Shown piece by piece: positions 6,401-13,028 of a stretch of DNA of 13,028 nt. This DNA is from a virus (Duplodnaviria; Heunggongvirae; Uroviricota; Caudoviricetes): the IMG/VR virus record IMGVR_UViG_2606217118_000007, positions 1 to 13,028 of that record; one strand, 5' to 3'. The position numbers and the translations under genes were made by a program. A model generated the notes under the pieces. The model was not told where the DNA came from. It saw only the letters and a program-made list of their open reading frames with translations, and searched no databases. Within the stretch, counting starts at the first letter, position 1; each line of letters begins with the position of its first letter.

Positions 6401-9400
6401 TAATAACCTGCGCCTGCAGGTCATTCTTAATGCGGTTGACAAACTCACCCGCCCATTCCGTGCTGCACAGGCCAGTTCGAAAGAGCTGGCTGGCGCAATT
6501 CAGAATACCCGAAACAGCCTCAAAGAACTGAATAAGCAGGCTGGCAGAATTGATGAATTTCGCAAGACGCGCTCGCAACTAGCCATAACAGCCAACAACC
6601 TGAACGCAGCCCGCGAAGAGGCGGCAAAACTCGCCACACAATTTGCTGCCACTAACAGGCCAACCGCCGCGCAGGCAAAGTTATTCAGTCAGGCCAAAAC
6701 ACGAGTACAGGAACTTCAGCAGACCTATAACGGCTTGTTGGGGGCGGTCCAGAGACAACGTCAGGCACTTAAAGAATCAGGGATTGATACCAGACAACTC
6801 AGTAGTGCCCAGCGAGAACTTAAGAAAAATGCCGAAGAAACTCGTCAGGCACTGGAGGGCCAGCAAAAAGCACTTAAACGTCTGGGTGAACAACAGGCAC
6901 GGATGAACGCTGCCAGAGAACAATACTCAAGACGGCTTGAAGTGCGCGATCGCATCGCAGGAGCCGGAGCCACCACCACGGCTGCAGGGCTGGCAATGGG
7001 CGCGCCAGTGATGGCGGCGGTAAAAAGCTATACCAGCATGGAAGATGCCATGAAAGGTGTGGCAAAGCAGGTCAATGGTCTGCGTGACGATAATGGCAAC
7101 CGCACTGCGCGTTTTTACGAAATGCAGGATGCCATCAAAGCTGCCAGTGAACAGCTGCCAATGGAAAACGGTGCTGTGGACTTCGCCGCACTGGTTGAAG
7201 GTGGTGCGCGCATGAATGTGGCAAACCCTGACGGCAGCTGGGAGGACCAGAAACGTGACCTGCTGGCCTTCGCCAGTACGGCAGCAAAGGCGGCAACAGC
7301 CTTTGAGCTGCCAGCGGATGAACTGTCAGAAAGTCTGGGGAAAATCGCCCAGCTCTACAAAATACCAACCCGCAATATTGAACAGCTCGGTGATGCGCTG
7401 AACTATCTGGATGATAACGCCATGTCGAAAGGGGCAGACATCATTGATGTCATGCAACGCCTGGGCGGTGTGGCTGATCGTCTGGATTATCGTAAAGCGG
7501 CGGCGCTGGGTTCCACCTTCCTGACACTGGGGGCTGCGCCGGAGGTCGCTGCCAGTGCTGCCAACGCGATGGTGCGTGAATTGTCCATTGCCACCATGCA
7601 AAGCAAGAGTTTCTTTGAAGGGATGAATCTGCTGAAACTCAATCCTGAAGTGATTGAAAAGCAGATGACGAAGGATGCGATGGGAACTATCCAGCGTGTG
7701 CTGGAGAAGGTGAACGCACTGCCGCAGGACAAGCGTCTGTCTGCCATGACCATGTTGTTTGGTAAAGAGTTTGGCGATGACGCGGCGAAACTGGCAAACA
7801 ACCTGCCGGAACTACAGCGCCAGCTAAAACTGACAGCGGGCAATGATGCGCTCGGTTCCATGCAGAAAGAATCCGACATCAACAAGGACTCACTTTCTGC
7901 TCAGTGGTTGCTGGTTAAAACCGGAGCGCAGAATACCTTCAGCAGCCTGGGCGAAACGCTGCGCCAGCCGCTGATGGATATTCTGTACACGGTGAAAAGC
8001 GTTACGGGAGCGTTGCGTCGCTGGGTGGAAGCTAACCCGGAACTGACGGGCACACTGATGAAAGTAGCCGCTATTGTGGCTGCGGTTACCGTAGGCCTAG
8101 GCACCCTGGCTGTGGCGCTGGCTGCAGTGCTGGGGCCGCTGGCAGTCATCCGTCTGGGATTCTCTGTGCTGGGCATCAAAACGTTACCTTCCGTTATGGC
8201 AGCAGTAACACGAACCAGCAGCGCGTTGTCCTGGCTGGCTGGCGCACCACTGGCACTGCTGCGACGCGGGCTTGCTTCATCGGGCAACGCCGCAGGTTTA
8301 CTTACTGCGCCGTTGTCGTCTTTGCGCCGTACGGCATCACTGACGGGAAATGTCCTGAAAACTGTAGCAGGTGCGCCGGTTGCACTATTGCGGTCTGGAT
8401 TATCCGCTTTACGTGCTGTTGCTGTGATGTTTATGAATCCTCTGGCGGTACTGCGCGGCGGGCTGGCTGCCGCAGGCACGGTGCTGCGAGTACTGGCATC
8501 TGGTCCACTGGCGATGTTGCGCGTTGCCCTGTATGCCGTATCTGGTCTGTTAGGTGCTTTGCTCAGTCCGATAGGTCTTGTGGTTACTGCACTGGCGGGT
8601 GTGGCACTGGTTGTCTGGAAATACTGGCAACCCATCACCGCATTTCTCGGTGGCGTGGTGGAAGGATTCAAAGCGGCGGCAGGTCCCATCAGTGCAGCGT
8701 TCGAACCGCTTAAGCCTGTGTTCCAGTGGATTGGTGACAAAGTGCAGGCGCTGTGGGGCTGGTTTACTGATCTGCTGACGCCCGTTAAGTCGACCTCTGC
8801 CGAACTGCAGAGCGCAGCGGCAATGGGGCGACGATTCGGGGAGGCACTGGCGGAAGGGCTGAATATGGTTATGCATCCGCTGGACTCCCTGAAATCTGGC
8901 GTTTCCTGGTTGCTGGATAAACTCGGCATTGTCAGTAAAGAGGCTGCAAAGGCGAAACTGCCGGAAAGCGTGACGCGTCAGCAACCTGCGACGGTGAATG
9001 CAGACGGTAAAGTGATGATGCCATCGGGTGGTTTTCCGTCATGGGGATATGGCTTTGCGGGGATGTATGACAGCGGCGGCTATATCCCGCGTGGGCAGTT
9101 TGGCATCGTCGGTGAAAACGGGCCGGAAATTGTTAACGGCCCGGCAAATGTGACCAGCCGGAGAAATACAGCTGCACTGGCTGCCGTTGTTGCCGGAATG
9201 ATGGGCGTTGCTGCCGCGCCAGCAGAGCTTCCACCGTTGCACCCTTTGGCACTTCCCGCGAAAGGTGGAGAAGCAATTGTGAGTCGCGCAGCCACTGTGC
9301 CGCTCGTTCAACGGATTGAGGCACCGACGCAGATCATCATTCAGACGCAGCCAGGACAAAGTGCGCAGGATATTGCGCGGGAGGTGGCACGCCAGCTTGA

Positions 9401-9470
9401 TGAACGTGAACGCAGGCTGAAGGCAAAAGCCAGGAGTAACTACAGCGATCAGGGGGGATACGACGCATGA
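6393..9470 (+). CDS. Tail tape measure protein (gpT-like)
   Basis: 1025-aa ORF with a coiled-coil-like N-terminal third, repeated hydrophobic LxxLR-type segments in the central region, and the conserved position after E/E'. Its stop overlaps the U start (ATGA). Confidence 0.85.
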   Translation: MSDNNLRLQVILNAVDKLTRPFRAAQASSKELAGAIQNTRNSLKELNKQAGRIDEFRKTRSQLAITANNLNAAREEAAKLATQFAATNRPTAAQAKLFSQAKTRVQELQQTYNGLLGAVQRQRQALKESGIDTRQLSSAQRELKKNAEETRQALEGQQKALKRLGEQQARMNAAREQYSRRLEVRDRIAGAGATTTAAGLAMGAPVMAAVKSYTSMEDAMKGVAKQVNGLRDDNGNRTARFYEMQDAIKAASEQLPMENGAVDFAALVEGGARMNVANPDGSWEDQKRDLLAFASTAAKAATAFELPADELSESLGKIAQLYKIPTRNIEQLGDALNYLDDNAMSKGADIIDVMQRLGGVADRLDYRKAAALGSTFLTLGAAPEVAASAANAMVRELSIATMQSKSFFEGMNLLKLNPEVIEKQMTKDAMGTIQRVLEKVNALPQDKRLSAMTMLFGKEFGDDAAKLANNLPELQRQLKLTAGNDALGSMQKESDINKDSLSAQWLLVKTGAQNTFSSLGETLRQPLMDILYTVKSVTGALRRWVEANPELTGTLMKVAAIVAAVTVGLGTLAVALAAVLGPLAVIRLGFSVLGIKTLPSVMAAVTRTSSALSWLAGAPLALLRRGLASSGNAAGLLTAPLSSLRRTASLTGNVLKTVAGAPVALLRSGLSALRAVAVMFMNPLAVLRGGLAAAGTVLRVLASGPLAMLRVALYAVSGLLGALLSPIGLVVTALAGVALVVWKYWQPITAFLGGVVEGFKAAAGPISAAFEPLKPVFQWIGDKVQALWGWFTDLLTPVKSTSAELQSAAAMGRRFGEALAEGLNMVMHPLDSLKSGVSWLLDKLGIVSKEAAKAKLPESVTRQQPATVNADGKVMMPSGGFPSWGYGFAGMYDSGGYIPRGQFGIVGENGPEIVNGPANVTSRRNTAALAAVVAGMMGVAAAPAELPPLHPLALPAKGGEAIVSRAATVPLVQRIEAPTQIIIQTQPGQSAQDIAREVARQLDERERRLKAKARSNYSDQGGYDA

Positions 9471-9952
9471 TGATGGTGCTGGGATTGTACGTGTTTATGC
9501 TGCGCACCGTTCCGTATCAGGAACTGCAGTATCAACGCAGCTGGCGACATGCGGCAAACAGCCGGGTAAACCGTCGTCCGTCCACGCAGTTTCTGGGACC
9601 GGAAAACGACATGCTGACGCTTTCCGGTGTTCTTATGCCGGAGATAACAGGCGGCAGGCTGTCGTTGCTGGCACTGGAGCAGATGGCAGAACAGGGGAAA
9701 GCATGGCCCCTGATTGAAGGCAGCGGCACGATTTACGGCATGTATGTGATTGAGGGACTGAATCAGACTAAAACGGAGTTTTTCCGCGACGGTATGCCGC
9801 GCAGGATTGAGTTCACCCTTTCGCTAAAACGGGTGGATGAATCCCTGTCCGATATGTTCGGTGATCTCAGTACTCAACTGAATAATCTGCAGGACACGGC
9901 AACGTCTGCCTTAAGCGATATCAGTAAAACGGTGGGAGGGCTGCTGTCGTGA
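9467..9952 (+). CDS. Tail protein gpU-like
   Basis: 161-aa ORF translationally coupled to T and D, with the size and position of P2 U. Confidence 0.75.
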   Translation: MMMVLGLYVFMLRTVPYQELQYQRSWRHAANSRVNRRPSTQFLGPENDMLTLSGVLMPEITGGRLSLLALEQMAEQGKAWPLIEGSGTIYGMYVIEGLNQTKTEFFRDGMPRRIEFTLSLKRVDESLSDMFGDLSTQLNNLQDTATSALSDISKTVGGLLS

Positions 9953-11049
9953 ATTTCAGCTCTGAACTGCTTAACAAAGGAAACAAAACTCCCGCATTCA
10001 GCATCAGTATTGAGGGGAAGGATATCACCACTGTGCTGGATAACCGCCTGATGAGTCTGACGCTGACGGACAATCGGGGCTTTGAAGCGGACCAGCTTGA
10101 TCTGGAGCTGGACGACGCCGACGGAAAAATCGTGCTGCCGCGCCGTGGTGCGGTCATTACGCTGGCGCTGGGCTGGAAGGGGCAGCCGCTTTTCCCGAAA
10201 GGGGCATTCACGGTGGACGAGATTGAACACACTGGCGCACCGGACCGCCTGACTATCCGGGCGCGAAGTGCTGATTTTCGGGAAACGCTGAATACCCGCC
10301 GTGAAAAATCGTGGCATAACACCACCATCGGGGAAGTGGTGAAGGAAATAGCCGCGCGGCACAAGCTGAAGATGGCACTGGGTAAAGACCTGTCGGATAA
10401 GCCCGTGGAGCATATAGACCAGACTAATGAGAGTGACGGCAGTTTTTTGATGCGGCTGGCGCGCCAGTACGGTGCCATTGCATCGGTGAAAAATGGCAAT
10501 CTGTTATTCATCCGGCAGGGACAGGGCAAAAGCGCCAGCGGTAAACCACTGCCGGTGATTACTATCACACGTAAGGACGGCGACAGTCACCGCTTTACCC
10601 TGGCAGATCGCGGAGCTTACACGGGGGTAATTGCCAGCTGGTTGCATACCCGCGAACCCGCGAAGAAAGAAAGCACTACGGTGAAGCGTAAGCGCAGGAC
10701 TAAGAAGCAGAAGAAAGAGCCGGAAGCGAAGCAGGGCGATTACCTGGTGGGGACGGATGAAAACGTGCTGGTACTTAATCGCACTTATGCCAACCGGAGC
10801 AACGCTGAACGGGCAGCGAAAATGCAGTGGGAACGCCTGCAACGTGGCGTTGCGTCATTCTCGCTACAACTGGCGGAAGGGCGGGCAGATCTCTACACGG
10901 AAATGCCTGTGAAGGTCAGTGGTTTTAAACAGCCGATAGATGATGCGGAATGGACCATTACGACTCTGACACATACCGTCAGCCCGGATAACGGTTTTAC
11001 AACCAGTATTGAACTCGAAGTGAAGATTGATGATCTTGAAATGGAATAA
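9949..11049 (+). CDS. Tail protein / late control protein gpD-like (GTG start)
   Basis: 366-aa ORF with a GTG start overlapping the U stop (GTGA), at the conserved position before ogr. It contains a lysine/arginine-rich stretch (KRKRRTKKQKKEPE). Confidence 0.8.
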   Translation: MNFSSELLNKGNKTPAFSISIEGKDITTVLDNRLMSLTLTDNRGFEADQLDLELDDADGKIVLPRRGAVITLALGWKGQPLFPKGAFTVDEIEHTGAPDRLTIRARSADFRETLNTRREKSWHNTTIGEVVKEIAARHKLKMALGKDLSDKPVEHIDQTNESDGSFLMRLARQYGAIASVKNGNLLFIRQGQGKSASGKPLPVITITRKDGDSHRFTLADRGAYTGVIASWLHTREPAKKESTTVKRKRRTKKQKKEPEAKQGDYLVGTDENVLVLNRTYANRSNAERAAKMQWERLQRGVASFSLQLAEGRADLYTEMPVKVSGFKQPIDDAEWTITTLTHTVSPDNGFTTSIELEVKIDDLEME

Positions 11050-11053
11050 AGTG

Positions 11054-11087
11054 TTCTCAATATTGATATTTTGTGTATCATTACAAT
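11054..11087 (+). promoter_or_regulatory. Possible sigma70-type promoter for ogr
   Basis: The hexamers ttgata (11063-11068) and tacaat (11082-11087) are present, but the 13-bp spacing is suboptimal; the alternative pair ttctca / tatcat is also possible. Confidence 0.25.
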
Positions 11088-11117
11088 GATTCTGATAGCA
11101 AAGGTAGGGATCTGGAT

Positions 11118-11336
11118 ATGATGAATTGTCCAAAGTGTGGTCATGCGGCACACACAAGGAGCAGTTTTCAAGTAACTGAAAGCACTAAAGAGCGTTACTG
11201 CCAGTGCCAAAATATTAACTGCGGGAGTACTTTTGTTACCCATGAAACAGTGGTCCGGTTTATTGTGACACCCGCACTGATTGCTACTGCTCCTCCACAT
11301 CCATTGCCAGGTGGTCAGGGGCATATGAATTTTTGA
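11118..11336 (+). CDS. ogr: Ogr/Delta-family zinc-finger late transcription activator
   Basis: MMNCPKCGHAAHTRSS...KERYCQCQNINCGSTF has the Cys4 pattern and KERY.QCQN.NC motif of P2 Ogr. The ribosome-binding site aaggtaggg lies 8 nt upstream of the ATG at 11118, so the ORF-track start at 11073 is probably a non-translated in-frame extension. Confidence 0.8.
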   Translation: MMNCPKCGHAAHTRSSFQVTESTKERYCQCQNINCGSTFVTHETVVRFIVTPALIATAPPHPLPGGQGHMNF

Positions 11337-11343
11337 GAAAGAG

Positions 11344-11368
11344 AACCTGCTACGGCAGGTTTTTATTC
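11344..11368. terminator. Intrinsic terminator between convergent ogr and the cargo gene
   Basis: Stem aacctgc / gcaggtt with loop tacg, followed by tttttatt on the + strand. It overlaps the stop codon of the reverse gene. Confidence 0.6.
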
Positions 11369-11845
11369 ATCTGGGATCTCACCCGTTTCAAGAAAATGTA
11401 TAAAGCCAGGCTCATCTATGATGATTGTGCCTTTCATCCTGGCTGCCGATACTTTTGATGGGCCTGCATTGTAACCGCAACAGAGCATCTGAAGGCTTTG
11501 GGTTACAGAGGTTCTTACCGTTAATCCTTGTTCATTCGCCTTATCAACCAATCTTTCTTTATCTGCTTTCTTAAATCCGGTGAAACACACATCGAATGTA
11601 TTTTTTTTCGGACCAGACTGCTTGGTGAGATGTGAGTAGTTTTCGGGGAGGAATGACGCGCACTCCTGAATGGCTTGTTCTGGTGAATCGTACTGTTTAA
11701 GAATGCGGTCTTTTCGGAAGGTTTTTATTCGATCGGTGTTCTTACAAATGCCCTGTATATGATTTTCGCTATAACTGATGCTCTGTATAGAGTGAACACC
11801 GATACGACCATTTGCATTGATGTAAACAAAGTGAAGTTCTTCCAT
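11363..11845 (-). CDS. Hypothetical accessory (moron-like) protein with WYL-like N-terminal motif and BRCT-like C-terminal domain
   Basis: 160-aa ORF with ribosome-binding site aaagagg 6 nt before the ATG. The N-terminus YINANGRIGVHSIQSISY...ICKNTDRIKTFRKDRIL fits the WYL-domain hallmark (R.FR.DRI). The C-terminus VCFTGF...ERL...GL.V...V....L.CGYNAGPSK...A...G..IIDE..F fits a BRCT fold. It is oriented opposite to the phage late genes and is AT-richer than them. Confidence 0.6.
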   Translation of the reverse strand: MEELHFVYINANGRIGVHSIQSISYSENHIQGICKNTDRIKTFRKDRILKQYDSPEQAIQECASFLPENYSHLTKQSGPKKNTFDVCFTGFKKADKERLVDKANEQGLTVRTSVTQSLQMLCCGYNAGPSKVSAARMKGTIIIDEPGFIHFLETGEIPDE

Positions 11846-11871
11846 GTGAAACCTCTTTGCATGATTTCAAG

Positions 11872-11910
11872 ATGGCGACAGGCAAGATGGACGCAAAAGT
11901 CTGTCGCCAT
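11872..11910. promoter_or_regulatory. Inverted repeat (possible operator or recombinase arm site) upstream of the WYL/BRCT gene
   Basis: atggcgacag ... ctgtcgccat is a 10-bp perfect inverted repeat separated by 19 bp, 27-65 bp upstream of the cargo gene start. A caagatgg motif occurs twice. Confidence 0.3.
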
Positions 11911-11924
11911 TTTGCCGCCACTAC

Positions 11925-11958
11925 TAAAGAAAAAGGGGCTACGCTTTCACGTAACCCC
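11925..11958 (-). terminator. Intrinsic terminator downstream of ssrA
   Basis: On the minus strand, a 9-bp stem ggggttacg / cgtagcccc (one G-U pair) is followed by a U-run, immediately 3' of the tmRNA CCA end. Confidence 0.55.
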
Positions 11959-11968
11959 TTGATTTATT

Positions 11969-12331
11969 TGGTGGAGCTGGCGGGAGTTGAACCCGCGTCC
12001 GAAATTCCTACATCCTCGGTACTACATGCTTAGTCAGTCTTTACATTCGCTTGCCAGCTGCGGACGGACACGCCACTAACAAACTAGCCTGATTAAGTTT
12101 TAACGCTTCAACCCCAGGCAGGGCTTCCACGCGATCTCTTTTGGGTTTGACCTCTCTTGATCCCCGTCCTAAGAGCGGAGGCTAGGGAGAGAGGGCTCTA
12201 AGCAGGTTATTAAGCTGCTAAAGCGTAGTTTTCGTCGTTTGCGACTATTTTTTGCGGCTTTTTACGAGGCCAACCGCCCCTCGGCATGCACCTTGGGTTT
12301 CGCAAATCCCGTCGAATCCAGAATCAGCCCC
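11969..12331 (-). ncRNA. ssrA: tmRNA (transfer-messenger RNA, SsrA), 363 nt
   Basis: The reverse complement begins GGGGCTGATTCTGGATTCGACGGG, includes the tag reading-frame region (GCAAACGACGAAAACTACGCTTTAGCAGCTTAA), and ends GGTTCAACTCCCGCCAGCTCCACCA. This matches my memory of E. coli ssrA and its position downstream of smpB. Confidence 0.9.
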
Positions 12332-12345
12332 AATGTGTAACGGTA

Positions 12346-12351
12346 AGTATA
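12346..12351 (-). promoter_or_regulatory. Possible -10 element (TATACT) of the ssrA precursor promoter
   Basis: TATACT on the minus strand lies about 15 nt upstream of the mature tmRNA 5' end; tmRNA is made as a precursor with a processed leader. No clear -35 was found. Confidence 0.3.
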
Positions 12352-12545
12352 CCAGATTCATGAGTGCCATGACCAGCCTCAATGGCGTTATCGTTAAAGA
12401 TTTAGCACCCATGTAGCCTGATTTTTATTCGATTAAGCAATGGGATGGCAACATTTGGGTCGGATGTGATAGCCAATAAGATGTGCATTCGCGCCGCCGG
12501 AGAGGGAGGCGCGGTGAGGAGCGGATCAATAATTGCAGTGCAGGT

Positions 12546-13028
12546 TTAACGGTGGGCGTTTTTCATGATACGCGCTTTATCCACCTGCCATTCGCGTTCT
12601 TTGATATCTGAACGTTTATCATGCTGTTTCTTACCTTTGGCGACGCCGATTTTCACTTTGCACCAGGCATTTTTCCAGTACAGGGAGAGCGCCACTACGG
12701 TATAGCCTTCTCGATTGACGCGACCGTACAATGAGTCCAGTTCGCGCTGGTTGAGAAGTAACTTGCGGGTACGGGTAGGATCGCACACCACATGCGTGGA
12801 GGCCACAGCCATTGGCGTGATGTTAGCGCCAAACAGAAATGCCTCTCCGTCACGCAGAAGGACGTAGCTGTCGCTGATATTGGCTTTTCCTGCACGCAGG
12901 GATTTAACCTCCCAGCCTTGCAGGGCAAGTCCCGCCTCGAACTCTTCTTCGATAAAGTATTCGTGCCGGGCGCGCTTGTTAAGCGCGATGGTCGCTGAAC
13001 CAGGTTTATGTGCTTTTTTCTTCGTCAT
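12546..13028 (-). CDS. smpB: SsrA-binding protein SmpB
   Basis: Complete 160-aa ORF ([30 protein letters not shown]...) matching enterobacterial SmpB as I recall it. Its start codon is at the last bases of the window, upstream of and co-oriented with ssrA. Confidence 0.9.

Noticed and set aside
7901-8929. 342-aa ORF on the minus strand
   Set aside because: It lies entirely antisense to the conserved tape measure gene, is Pro/Ser/Arg/Ala-rich low complexity typical of antisense frames in GC-rich coding DNA, and has no ribosome-binding site context. Considered a spurious ORF.
9921-10568. 215-aa minus-strand ORF overlapping gpD
   Set aside because: Antisense to a conserved tail gene with no supporting signals; spurious.
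11073-11117. N-terminal extension of ogr (MYHYNDSDSKGRDLD) given in the ORF track
   Set aside because: The ribosome-binding site aaggtaggg is positioned for the ATG at 11118, and Ogr-family proteins begin a few residues before the first Cys. The upstream ATG lies in the promoter region.
11846-11968. LexA box (CTGT-N8-ACAG) upstream of the cargo gene, by analogy with the SOS-controlled tum gene at the equivalent end of phage 186
   Set aside because: No match to the LexA consensus was found by eye; only the unrelated 10-bp inverted repeat is present.
12332-12545. Possible small ORF or regulatory RNA in the smpB-ssrA intergenic region
   Set aside because: A spacer of this approximate length, containing the ssrA promoter and precursor leader, is what I recall at the E. 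coli smpB-ssrA locus. Nothing beyond a TATACT -10-like hexamer stood out.
1-13028. CRISPR arrays, IS elements or integrase genes
   Set aside because: No regularly spaced direct repeats, no transposase-like ORFs and no tyrosine integrase ORF are present. The only recombinase is the small serine invertase.

Overview
This window is the late (tail) end of a P2-like (Peduovirus-type) prophage joined to host DNA at the 3' end of the tmRNA gene ssrA, followed by host smpB. Reading left to right on the + strand, the prophage carries baseplate protein I, tail fiber H, tail fiber assembly protein, an invertible tail-fiber cassette with a Gin/Hin/Pin/Cin-family serine DNA invertase, an Ogr-type late promoter, sheath FI, tube FII, the E/E+E' chaperone pair made by a -1 frameshift, tape measure T, U, D and the zinc-finger late activator Ogr. 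Between ogr and ssrA sits one oppositely oriented, visibly AT-richer gene encoding a 160-aa protein with an N-terminal WYL-like motif and a C-terminal BRCT-like fold. This is the most likely candidate for an undescribed accessory function. ssrA (363 nt, minus strand) and smpB (160 aa, minus strand, start at the window edge) match my memory of the Escherichia coli sequences. All calls are made by eye from the sequence and ORF track; no searches or computations were run.
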